Shown: one piece after another, positions 30,517 through 38,615 of the stretch
Layout of the letters: every line of letters begins with the position of its first letter
Numbering within the stretch: the stretch's first letter is position 1
Source of the DNA: an uncultured Candidatus Saccharibacteria bacterium
Lineage (GTDB): Bacteria > Patescibacteriota > Minisyncoccia > Phycocordibacterales > UBA2100
NCBI GenBank assembly: GCA_964434285.1
Contig: CAYSUJ010000001.1
Coordinates: forward strand, 33,913 to 97,912
Direction of reading: 5' to 3'
DNA: 64,000 nt
Made by a program: the position numbers and the translations under genes
Notes under the pieces: model-generated
Databases searched by the model: none
Seen by the model: the letters and a program-made list of their open reading frames with translations, nothing else
Told to the model about the DNA's origin: nothing

Positions 30517-33117
30517 ATGGAAGAAAAAATTATTGTCAAAGGAGCGCGGACCCACAATCTCAAGAACGTGAGTGTCGAAGTGCCGCGCAATAAAATGATC
30601 GTATTCACGGGGCTTTCCGGCAGCGGGAAGTCGTCTTTGGCGTTTGATACGATTTTTGCGGAAGGACAGCGGAAGTATGTGGAATCGCTCTCGGCCTACG
30701 CTCGCCAATTCCTCAGGCAGATGCAGAAGCCGGATGTGGATGAGATCTCAGGCCTTTCTCCCGCCATCTCTATCGATCAGAAATCACGCTCGAATAATCC
30801 GCGTTCAACGGTGGCGACGATCACCGAAATCTACGACTATCTGCGCGTCTTGTTTTCGCGTATCGGACATCCGCATTGCCCCACGTGCGATAGAGAAGTG
30901 CGCAAGCTCTCCAACGAAGAAATTCTTGATTCCGTGGTGAAGACGGTCGAGAAGACGAGCAAAAATTTGAAAAAAGCGAATCCGGATGCACTGACGGCCG
31001 GCGTATCGAAGGCTAAGGTGCGGATTCTTGCGCCCGTCGTTGTCGGGCGCAAGGGTGAGTACTACCAGCTTCTGTACGACATGTTGAATAAGGGATATGA
31101 AAAGGCGGTGGTGGATGGTAAAGAGCATTCGCTTCGGGAGCGCATTGAACTCAAAAAGCACTTTAAGCATTCCATTGACATTGTGGTTGATGAGCTCTTT
31201 GTGAGCGAATTTGCCGATGATCCTAAAGCGGCGCGCGAGCGTGTTTCTGAAGCGATCGAGCGCGCACTGCATGAAGCCGATGGCTTGGTGAAGCTCGTCG
31301 AGCCAAGCGGCGAAGAGCGAATCGTCTCCGCGAAATTTATGTGCCCCTACGACGGCTTCTCGTTCCCAGAAGTGGAGCCGCGCCTCTTCTCCTTTAACTC
31401 TCCCTACGGCGCGTGCCCAGCATGCAATGGCTTGGGCACAAAATATGTGTGGGGCGACGAACCGTGTGAGACGTGCAATGGAGCACGCTTGCGCTCGGAA
31501 GCACTCAATGTGTTTCTCAAAACAAAGCACGGTTCAGAAGAAGGACGCAAGAATATCGTGGAGATTTCCTCGATGTCGATTGAGGATGCGAAAAAGTTCT
31601 TCGACGAGCTCAATCTTTCAGATAAAGAGAAAGAAATATCGAAGGCGGTGGTGAAGGAGATCACAAGCCGCATTCAGTTCATGCTGAATGTGGGTATTGA
31701 GTACCTCACGCTTGATCGCCGAGCTTCAACGCTCTCTGGTGGCGAGGCACAGCGTATTCGTCTTGCGTCGCAGCTTGGGTCGGGGCTTGTGGGTGCGCTC
31801 TATGTGTTGGATGAACCAACGATCGGGCTGCACCAGCGCGACAACGAGCGCCTGATTAAGACGCTCGAGAAATTGCGTGATCTGGGTAATACCGTCCTCG
31901 TGGTTGAGCATGATGAGGACACTATCTTTGCCGCGGATTACATCGTTGACATTGGCCCGGGTGCCGGCGTGCACGGCGGGAATATAGTCGTTTCCGGCTG
32001 GCTTGAGGACTTGCTCACGGCAAAGACGAACAAAAGCAGCTCGCGCACGCTTGCTTACCTGCGCGAGGAGGCGCGGGTGGAGGTGCCAAAAGAACGGCGT
32101 TCGCAAGACAAAGGAAAAGTGAAGATTCGTGGCGCGAATAAATTTTCGATCAAAAATCAGGATGTCGATATTCCGCTTGGGAAATTAGTGGTGGTGTCTG
32201 GCGTCTCGGGATCGGGCAAATCTACCTTCCTATATGAAATCCTGCACCGCAACCTGCAAGCGCGCTTTGATAAGCGGTATCGTACAGCGAAGCTCTACAA
32301 CGTCGCCGAATTTTCCGGCACCGAGTACCTCTCGCGTGCAATTCTGATTGATCAATCACCGATTGGGCGCACGCCACGCTCAAATCCAGCGACATACACC
32401 GGCGCGTGGACACACATTCGCGATCTTTTTGCGATGAGTGAGGAGGCGCGAGCGCGTGGGTGGGGGCCAGGGCGCTTCTCATTCAATCGAAAGGGTGGGC
32501 GTTGTGAGACGTGCGAAGGGAATGGGATGATCGCAGTGGAAATGCATTTTTTACCAACAGTCTACGTGACGTGTGACGTCTGTAATGGCAAGCGCTTTAT
32601 GAAAGAGACGCTTGAAGTCAAATACAAGAAGAAAAGCATTCATGATATTTTGAAAATGACTGTCGAAGAAGGACTTGCGTTCTTTGAAGATATTCCTGCA
32701 ATTTCCGACAGGCTCCAGACACTGTCTGATGTGGGACTTGGATATCTCGAGCTCGGGCAGAGTGCTACGACGCTCTCGGGTGGTGAAGCGCAGCGTGTAA
32801 AAATCGCATCCGAGCTCTATCGTCCGCTGCAGAACAAAACGATGTACCTTCTCGACGAGCCGACGGTAGGTTTGCACTACGACGATGTGGCGAAGCTTAT
32901 CGAGATCCTGCAGCGCTTGGTGGATCGCGGTAATTCCGTTGTCGTGATCGAGCACAACCTTGACGTGTTGAAGAGCGCCGATTATCTCATCGACATGGGT
33001 CCCGAAGGTGGCTCGCGTGGTGGCTCGATTGTCGCCAAAGGAACGCCTGAACAAGTGGCACAGGCGAAGGGCTCACACACCGGGCACTATCTAAAGAGGG
33101 TGCTCAATAAAAAATAG
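30517..33117 (+). CDS. uvrA: excinuclease ABC subunit A
   Basis: Two ABC ATPase modules ([19 protein letters not shown]; signature LSGGEAQR twice) and zinc-finger Cys clusters. Confidence 0.9.
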   Translation: MEEKIIVKGARTHNLKNVSVEVPRNKMIVFTGLSGSGKSSLAFDTIFAEGQRKYVESLSAYARQFLRQMQKPDVDEISGLSPAISIDQKSRSNNPRSTVATITEIYDYLRVLFSRIGHPHCPTCDREVRKLSNEEILDSVVKTVEKTSKNLKKANPDALTAGVSKAKVRILAPVVVGRKGEYYQLLYDMLNKGYEKAVVDGKEHSLRERIELKKHFKHSIDIVVDELFVSEFADDPKAARERVSEAIERALHEADGLVKLVEPSGEERIVSAKFMCPYDGFSFPEVEPRLFSFNSPYGACPACNGLGTKYVWGDEPCETCNGARLRSEALNVFLKTKHGSEEGRKNIVEISSMSIEDAKKFFDELNLSDKEKEISKAVVKEITSRIQFMLNVGIEYLTLDRRASTLSGGEAQRIRLASQLGSGLVGALYVLDEPTIGLHQRDNERLIKTLEKLRDLGNTVLVVEHDEDTIFAADYIVDIGPGAGVHGGNIVVSGWLEDLLTAKTNKSSSRTLAYLREEARVEVPKERRSQDKGKVKIRGANKFSIKNQDVDIPLGKLVVVSGVSGSGKSTFLYEILHRNLQARFDKRYRTAKLYNVAEFSGTEYLSRAILIDQSPIGRTPRSNPATYTGAWTHIRDLFAMSEEARARGWGPGRFSFNRKGGRCETCEGNGMIAVEMHFLPTVYVTCDVCNGKRFMKETLEVKYKKKSIHDILKMTVEEGLAFFEDIPAISDRLQTLSDVGLGYLELGQSATTLSGGEAQRVKIASELYRPLQNKTMYLLDEPTVGLHYDDVAKLIEILQRLVDRGNSVVVIEHNLDVLKSADYLIDMGPEGGSRGGSIVAKGTPEQVAQAKGSHTGHYLKRVLNKK

Positions 33118-33204
33118 TTGTCCCCAAGTCTCGCGAATTGCTTTCGAACTGAAATCCTGATTAAATGTGTTTTTAGAGTGTTCTGGAAGAAAAAGAGGTG
33201 CAAC

Positions 33205-33462
33205 ATGCGGCGCATTCTCACTCCGAGCGAGTGGCAGCTCCGCTGCCTCCTGTCCTACTTCAAAACCGAAGATCGCTGTAAAGTGTTTATCGAGTGCCAC
33301 AAGCGACAAAATATGTCGGGTGGCGCCGAAACCGCGAAATTCGATTACCGTCTCTACGAAGAGTGTGGACAGATACCACCATACGTTGTGGCAGAATTTT
33401 ATACCGCGTTCCCCTGGAATCGGCGTGATGACGGGGATGATGAGTTACTTGCCGCAGAGTAA
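33205..33462 (+). CDS. hypothetical small protein (85 aa)
   Basis: AAGAGGTG RBS. Lies between uvrA and uvrC. Several Cys residues and no recognised family. Confidence 0.4.
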   Translation: MRRILTPSEWQLRCLLSYFKTEDRCKVFIECHKRQNMSGGAETAKFDYRLYEECGQIPPYVVAEFYTAFPWNRRDDGDDELLAAE

Positions 33463-33483
33463 AACCTGCGGCACACTCTTTTG

Positions 33484-34716
33484 ATGCAGAGAGAAACACT
33501 GGCACAGTATGAACTTCCCGATGCACCAGGAATCTACCGCTTCCAGAAGGGGAGACGGGTATTGTATGTTGGAAAAGCGACTTCTCTTCGTGACCGCGTG
33601 CGCAGTTACTTCTCGAAAGATTTGGCTGAGGCGCGGTCACCCGCTATAGTGGGGATGGTTGCAGATGCGGACACGCTCACGTGGGAAGAAACAGACTCAG
33701 TACTTGAGGCATTAATTTGCGAAGCGAATGAGATCAAGAGGCTCGAGCCGCCGTTCAACATAGATCAGAAGGACAACAAGAGTTTCAACTATCTCATCGT
33801 GACCGATGAGGCATTTCCAGTATTTCTCGTGGTCCGCGGGCGCGAACTATTTATGAACTGGGAGGGTGGGAAAATTAAACACCTCTTTGGTCCCTTTCCG
33901 CAAGGAGGCGCGCTTCGAGAGGCGATGAAGCTGGTGCGGAAGATTTTGCCATACCGCGATCAAAAATGTGCGCCAGGAAAGGGGAGGCCGTGCTTCAATA
34001 GACAGATCGGACTGTGTCCTGGTGTGTGTACGGGCGAGATGAATGAGAAAGAATATGACGAGCGCGTGAAGCACATCGTGCTTCTCTTTTCAGGGAAGAA
34101 GCAGACTCTTTTGAAAGAGCTCGAGCGCGGAATGACGCGCGCGGCGAAAGACGAGCGTTTTGAAGATGCGGCTGTGCTTCGCCGCCAAGTGTCCGCACTC
34201 ACACATATTCGCGATGTTGCGCTCATCAAAGATGATGTGCGCTTCGCGAGCGGCGGAGCCGTGCGTGCGAATGGAAGTCGTATCGAAGCATATGATGTCG
34301 CGCACACGGCCGGAAATGAGACTGTGGGAGTTATGGTTGTTGTCGAAGAAGGGGAAATACGGAAAACCGAGTACCGAAAGTTCAAGGTACAGGGATATAC
34401 CAACAATGACCCGGGTGCTCTGAAAGAGATTCTACAGCGTCGCCTCATGCACCCAGAATGGCCGTATCCGCGCCTCATTATCATCGATGGGTCCACTGCG
34501 CAGATGAATGCTGCGAAACGAGTGCTTGAAAGGGCGGGCGTGCTCATACCGCTCGTGGGCGTCGTTAAAGATGAATTTCACCGTCCACTGCGTCTTGTAG
34601 GAAACACGGTAGAAATCGCCAGTCATGAAAAAGAGATACTCTTGGCCAATAGTGAGGCACATCGATTCGCTATTACTTGGCACCGTTCTCGGTTGCGGAA
34701 GAAATTGACAGATTAA
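33484..34716 (+). CDS. uvrC: excinuclease ABC subunit C homolog, short form (GIY-YIG, Cys4, UVR and RNase H-like domains; no C-terminal HhH2)
   Basis: YRFQKGRRVLYVGKATSLRDRVRSYF (GIY-YIG), Cys cluster KCAPGKGRPCFNRQIGLCPGVCTG, and RIEAYDVAHTAG endonuclease domain. The protein ends at 411 aa. Confidence 0.75.
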   Translation: MQRETLAQYELPDAPGIYRFQKGRRVLYVGKATSLRDRVRSYFSKDLAEARSPAIVGMVADADTLTWEETDSVLEALICEANEIKRLEPPFNIDQKDNKSFNYLIVTDEAFPVFLVVRGRELFMNWEGGKIKHLFGPFPQGGALREAMKLVRKILPYRDQKCAPGKGRPCFNRQIGLCPGVCTGEMNEKEYDERVKHIVLLFSGKKQTLLKELERGMTRAAKDERFEDAAVLRRQVSALTHIRDVALIKDDVRFASGGAVRANGSRIEAYDVAHTAGNETVGVMVVVEEGEIRKTEYRKFKVQGYTNNDPGALKEILQRRLMHPEWPYPRLIIIDGSTAQMNAAKRVLERAGVLIPLVGVVKDEFHRPLRLVGNTVEIASHEKEILLANSEAHRFAITWHRSRLRKKLTD

Positions 34717-34773
34717 TATTATGAATTATTGTACAAAGCAAGACCCTTGGGGTCGAGCTCAAGATGGGAGGAG

Positions 34774-35187
34774 ATGATGGAAATTGTTTTGATAGTGATT
34801 TTGCCGGTATTTATCGCAGTGTTTGGACCTCTCTCGAACATCCTCAGGCGGCGAGCTCGTAATCGCGCGAAGCGAGATATGCAGGATCGCCGCAACAATG
34901 AACGAGTGAAGACGGAGTACGTCGATCGGCTTCTCGCGGATGTTCGGAATGCGATTAATCGGCGCGAACGGGGCCTCAGTAACGTCGAGGCGGCGATCAA
35001 GTTCCTTCGACTGCGACAGGAGTGGAATGGTCCTCTCTGCTGGGATGAACGTGTGCTGCTTCGCCGCCGTGCCAGTCTTACTGGAGACGGCGGTCTGGTG
35101 CAAACGATCGACGCTGCTTTGGCGACCATTCCAGTGGCTGTCGATGACATCGAAGTCGTTTTCGGCGCTCGAGGTGTGCATCAGTAG
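34774..35187 (+). CDS. hypothetical protein with N-terminal TM
   Basis: GGGAGGAG RBS. Followed by a terminator. Confidence 0.4.
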   Translation: MMEIVLIVILPVFIAVFGPLSNILRRRARNRAKRDMQDRRNNERVKTEYVDRLLADVRNAINRRERGLSNVEAAIKFLRLRQEWNGPLCWDERVLLRRRASLTGDGGLVQTIDAALATIPVAVDDIEVVFGARGVHQ

Positions 35188-35197
35188 TAATGGCAGA

Positions 35198-35229
35198 GCC
35201 GCGGGAACACTTCCCGCGGCTTTTCTTTC
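35198..35229 (+). terminator. rho-independent terminator GCCGCGGGAA-cac-TTCCCGCGGC plus TTTTCTTTC
   Basis: 10-bp GC-rich stem plus U-tract directly after the stop codon. Confidence 0.6.
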
Positions 35230-35274
35230 GACACTCACCTGGTTCCGTGATTAGATGAGGTAAGGAAGAAGCCA

Positions 35275-35625
35275 ATGGAGGAACCGATGAGTGTTCAAAG
35301 TGTTCTCAACATGATTCAAGGTGCAATCGAGGCGGTGTTCCGGTTTATTGGAACGGCATGGTCATGGTGGATTGCCGAACTCAGTCGGACTCAGGCCCTC
35401 GCCTGGGGGACGATGCCGTGGTGGAAAGTCGTCTGTGTGCTCATTGCGGTGGGCGCTGCAGGGTACTGCGCGTATCAACTGATCAAAATGATCTGGACAC
35501 GCGCGGTCGCATTGTTTTCCGTCTTCGGTGAGTTCGTAAAAGCAATAATCGCGTCGCTCCCGTGGGCGCTCGGCGCCGGACTTGCGCTCTGGCTTGGAAA
35601 TTATATTGCGCATCTCAAGATCTGA
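35275..35625 (+). CDS. hypothetical membrane protein (3 predicted TM)
   Basis: 116 aa with a GAGGTAAGGAAG RBS region. Followed by the hairpin AAGGCCCGAT...ATCGGGCCTT (35643-35672). Confidence 0.4.
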   Translation: MEEPMSVQSVLNMIQGAIEAVFRFIGTAWSWWIAELSRTQALAWGTMPWWKVVCVLIAVGAAGYCAYQLIKMIWTRAVALFSVFGEFVKAIIASLPWALGAGLALWLGNYIAHLKI

Positions 35626-35715
35626 ACTGAGTGTGCGTCAAAAAGGCCCGATTATATCGATGATCGGGCCTTGCCTACGCAACAGGCTTTCGTGCTTCAA
35701 TGATATACTTTCGAT

Positions 35716-36684
35716 ATGGCACGCATGGTCGTGGGTGTTCTTCGTGGTGGCCCTTCGAGCGAATATGAACTTTCGCTCAAAACGGGTACGGCAATTTTGA
35801 ATGCACTTCCTGAAAGTGAATATGACCTGCGCGATATTTTTATAGACAAAAAAGGTTATTGGCTCGCGCGCGGGATGCCGGTGGAGCCGGCACGCGCGGT
35901 TGCGCAGGTGGACTTCGTGGTAAACGGACTCCACGGCGGTCCCGGCGAAGATGGGACTGTGCAGCGTATGTTGCAAACGCTCGGTGTTCCGTTTACTGGC
36001 TCAAATGCGGTCGCTTCAGGACTTTCGCTCAATAAGATTCTCGCGGGCGATGCACTCCAAAAAGCCGGTCTCCGTGTGCCGCTTTCGGTTGGGTTCACGC
36101 TCTCTTCAGGCCTGAATAGTTCCGAGATGGCGCGTTTTGTGTTTCAAGAATTCGGGCCACCCTATATCGTGAAGCCCGCGCGGGAGGGTGCCTCTCATGG
36201 GGTGGTGCTTGTTGCGACATTTCTCGATCTTGGCAGCGCGATTGCCGACATGCTGGAGAGCTTTGGTAATGCTGTGGTGCAGGAATACATCATGGGAGAT
36301 GAGGCGACTGTGGGCGTTATTGATGATTTTCGTGGCGAAGAACTCTACGTGCTTCCGCCGGCGCGCGTGCTGTATCCCGAGGAATCTCCGTTTCTTCATT
36401 TCGACCACCATCACTCGGGCGCGGCGCGGTATCTCGCGCCAAGCGATTTCGATGCGCGTCACAAAGGCCAATTGGCAGACATGGCGCGCCGGGCACATCG
36501 TGCACTCGGGCTCACGGGTGCTTCGCGCTCCGATTTTATTGTTACTCCTCGCGGTCCCTATCTTCTCGAGACGAACGCGCTTCCTGGGCTCTACGATGGG
36601 GCGGCATTTCCATCCATGCTCGAAAGCGTCGGCTCTTCGACAACGGACTACCTCACGCACGCGATAGCCCTCGCGCGGCGGTAG
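35716..36684 (+). CDS. ddl: D-alanine--D-alanine ligase
   Basis: ATP-grasp fold. N-terminal MVVGVLRGGPSSEYELSLKTG and C-terminal LETNALPGL motifs are typical of Ddl. Confidence 0.85.
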   Translation: MARMVVGVLRGGPSSEYELSLKTGTAILNALPESEYDLRDIFIDKKGYWLARGMPVEPARAVAQVDFVVNGLHGGPGEDGTVQRMLQTLGVPFTGSNAVASGLSLNKILAGDALQKAGLRVPLSVGFTLSSGLNSSEMARFVFQEFGPPYIVKPAREGASHGVVLVATFLDLGSAIADMLESFGNAVVQEYIMGDEATVGVIDDFRGEELYVLPPARVLYPEESPFLHFDHHHSGAARYLAPSDFDARHKGQLADMARRAHRALGLTGASRSDFIVTPRGPYLLETNALPGLYDGAAFPSMLESVGSSTTDYLTHAIALARR

Positions 36685-36709
36685 GTATTCTGGTATAGTG
36701 CACGGCGAC

Positions 36710-36782
36710 GGGCCCTTAGCTCATCTGGTAGAGCACCTCATTTGCAATGAGGGGGTGGCAGGTTCGAGTCCTGTAGGGTCCA
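36710..36782 (+). tRNA. tRNA-Ala (anticodon TGC) with G3:U70 identity pair
   Basis: Acceptor GGGCCCT/AGGGTCC with a G3-T70 wobble. Anticodon stem-loop CCTCA-TTTGCAA-TGAGG. T-arm GGCAGGTTCGAGTCCTGT. CCA is not encoded. Confidence 0.9.
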
Positions 36783-36783
36783 C

Positions 36784-36825
36784 AACGCACTAAAATCCTC
36801 CCTTTCGGGAGGATTTTAGTGCGTT
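36784..36825. repeat. perfect 19-bp inverted repeat (AACGCACTAAAATCCTCCC-tttc-GGGAGGATTTTAGTGCGTT) directly 3' of tRNA-Ala, followed by two more stem-loops up to about 36900
   Basis: Seen directly. No U-tract follows on either strand. Additional hairpins follow: GGCGGA..TCCGCC, and ATTTTGAGCC-tgacga-GGCTCAAAAT at 36868-36900. Confidence 0.6.
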
Positions 36826-37079
36826 GCGGAGGGCGGAGCCATATTCCGCCAGCAGGCGGAATAGCGAGCCGGGGTCGAGAAATTTTGAGCCTGACGAGGC
36901 TCAAAATATTCGTGACCACCTGTGTAAGACGGAGCGATGTCGTGCCAGCAGATGCGACCGTGCGTCGGTGCCTGCGGAATTTATGTGCGTCGGCAAAAAA
37001 ATATCCGTGGGCCACTCGTGGAATGCAGAACCGCATTTCGCCGGCATGCGGAGTCTCTCTTTTGCTACAATCATTCAAT

Positions 37080-37496
37080 ATGGGATTGTTCTCCCCAGGC
37101 GTCCGTCGTTTCTTTCGATACACTGCTGTTGGCAGCTCTACCTTTGCGCTCGATCTCGCATTACTATATTTTTTTACAGACGTGCTAGGTATATACTACC
37201 TTGCTTCCGCGGGAATCTCTTTTCTTGTTGCCGTATCAATCAATTATTGGCTTGCTAGGGAGCACGTATTTCCTGAAACAACTCGCGCTTTGGAATCGGG
37301 GTATTTTTTGTTTCTAACCATAGCCGGAACGGGCCTCGCTGCTGTCGTGGCGCTCATGTATCTTGCGGTCGATGTTTTTGGGTTTGGCTACATGGTGAGT
37401 CGTGTTGTGATCGCGTGTTTTGTGGGTATGTGGACTTATACGATGAATTTGTACGTAAATTTCCATGTTGCAGGAAAGGTGAGTGCCAAAAAATAA
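37080..37496 (+). CDS. GtrA family membrane protein (polysaccharide/glycosylation-associated flippase-like)
   Basis: FFRYTAVGSSTFALDLALLYFFTDVLG is typical of GtrA-like 4-TM proteins. The track ORF begins at 36819 and the first ATG is at 37080. Confidence 0.6.
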   Translation: MGLFSPGVRRFFRYTAVGSSTFALDLALLYFFTDVLGIYYLASAGISFLVAVSINYWLAREHVFPETTRALESGYFLFLTIAGTGLAAVVALMYLAVDVFGFGYMVSRVVIACFVGMWTYTMNLYVNFHVAGKVSAKK

Positions 37497-37519
37497 CGCC
37501 CCCACCTGTGGTGGGGGCG
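37497..37519. terminator. hairpin CGCCCCCACC-tgt-GGTGGGGGCG flanked by an A-run, serving as terminator for the minus-strand gene 37543..37743
   Basis: 10-bp GC stem. On the minus strand a T-run follows the hairpin. Confidence 0.5.
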
Positions 37520-37542
37520 GGCAGCACGCGGATGACTGCTCA

Positions 37543-37743
37543 TCAGCGGGGTCCATAATAGTAACGACCTCGTGGCTTGTCATCGATACCGTATCCGCCG
37601 CAATCTTCTGGGAAGTTATCGAGATCGATCGGCTTTCGGTTGCCTTCCTTGATACCACCACCTCCTGGTTCTTCCGTGTGCAGATTCGGTTTCGGAGCAA
37701 GCTCCGGTAGTTTCGTCTCTTCGCTCTGCTTTTCCTGAGGCAT
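37543..37743 (-). CDS. hypothetical small Gly/Pro/Glu-rich protein (66 aa)
   Basis: GGAGG RBS 6 nt upstream of ATG (MPQEKQSEE...). A terminator lies downstream. The track ORF extends to 37788. Confidence 0.4.
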   Translation of the reverse strand: MPQEKQSEETKLPELAPKPNLHTEEPGGGGIKEGNRKPIDLDNFPEDCGGYGIDDKPRGRYYYGPR

Positions 37744-37953
37744 GTTTTCCTCCGTTTCTTCAGGTAAGCGCGTGCCAGTGATTAACACTACACCTGGGTG
37801 TTTTAACTGTCGAGTGTTTTGTGAACAGCGTTAATTGTGCTTCACTGCGCTGAGCTGAGTACAATGTGTAAAAATCAACGGAGCAATTATTTGCATGGAT
37901 GTCAATTTTGAAGTAATTTATGCAGGTGGTAACAACAATGAAAGGACCACGAC

Positions 37954-38196
37954 GTGAGCACACAAACGAAATTGGGTCGCATCAGGCCGTCAAACAACCA
38001 ACTCATGGGGTTGGTGAATGAAGTGGTCAAAGACAAGCAGCGGTTAGGGGATCTTCTCCATATGCTTGCTGTCGCAATGCGTCGCCAAGCCATGCAAACT
38101 TCTCGAGATTCAGTCGGAGGAGATGTGGTTTCTCCCGAAAAACTTCGGCTTGTGAGTATGGCCGTCGAAAATGCATCGACGATAATTCGGAAGTAG
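37954..38196 (+). CDS. hypothetical small protein (80 aa), candidate regulator
   Basis: GTG start with an AAAGGA RBS. Followed immediately by a strong terminator. Sits just upstream of the TasA-like cluster. Confidence 0.35.
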   Translation: MSTQTKLGRIRPSNNQLMGLVNEVVKDKQRLGDLLHMLAVAMRRQAMQTSRDSVGGDVVSPEKLRLVSMAVENASTIIRK

Positions 38197-38202
38197 GCTC
38201 AA

Positions 38203-38231
38203 GGGGCGGCACGCAGTGCCGCCCCGCTCTT
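38203..38231 (+). terminator. rho-independent terminator GGGGCGGCAC-gcag-GTGCCGCCCC plus GCTCTTT
   Basis: Perfect 10-bp GC stem 7 nt after the stop of the 37954..38196 ORF. Confidence 0.6.
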
Positions 38232-38237
38232 TAAACT

Positions 38238-38310
38238 TATCCACGCGGTGTCCACATATTTCATCTTCATGTCCACAATGTTTTGACACGTTGTCCACAT
38301 AGTTTTCCAC
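38238..38310. promoter_or_regulatory. five direct repeats of TCCAC(A/G/C) with helical phasing, upstream of the cluster promoter
   Basis: ATCCACG, then GTCCACA three times, then TTCCACC, starting at 38239, 38250, 38271, 38293 and 38305. Spacings are 11, 21, 22 and 12 bp. Minus-strand reading is (T)GTGGA. Confidence 0.4.
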
Positions 38311-38332
38311 CGAAATAAAGGGGGATTAAAAA

Positions 38333-38362
38333 ATTGACACGCATTCGTGCGTGCTATTACTC
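38333..38362 (+). promoter_or_regulatory. sigma70-like promoter candidate (TTGACA -35; TATTAC/ATTACT -10) with an embedded inverted repeat CACGCA-ttcg-TGCGTG in the spacer
   Basis: Perfect TTGACA at 38333-38338. A -10-like hexamer lies 15-16 nt downstream. A 6-4-6 inverted repeat at 38337-38352 overlaps the spacer. Confidence 0.35.
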
Positions 38363-38453
38363 TAGGAGTGTCACGCGGCGGGGAACGTGCGACACACGAA
38401 ACCCGCATGGTGTATCTCACCATCACTTGTTTATCAGAGAAGCTCAGCACGAC

Positions 38454-38495
38454 GAGCCGGTTTTGTTTTGCGCACGCGCAAAACAAAACCGGCTC
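38454..38495 (+). terminator. perfect 20-bp stem-loop GAGCCGGTTTTGTTTTGCGC-ac-GCGCAAAACAAAACCGGCTC followed by CTTTGTCG (leader attenuator or terminator candidate)
   Basis: Seen directly, about 95 nt downstream of the promoter candidate and 120 nt upstream of the first TasA-like gene. Confidence 0.45.
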
Positions 38496-38615
38496 TTTGT
38501 CGTGAGCGATTGTCGTGGGAACCAACGGTCGATCCCGACAAGGAGTCAGACATTAAAAGTGATTATCAAAATTATCAATGACGGGTTTCCGAAACCCGTC
38601 ACATCAGAAAAAAAT

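Noticed and set aside
33960-34547. 195-aa minus-strand ORF inside uvrC
   Set aside because: Antisense to the conserved UvrC endonuclease domain.
36716-37123. 135-aa minus-strand ORF overlapping tRNA-Ala and the hairpin array
   Set aside because: It overlaps a confidently folded tRNA and strong secondary-structure elements, and has no RBS.
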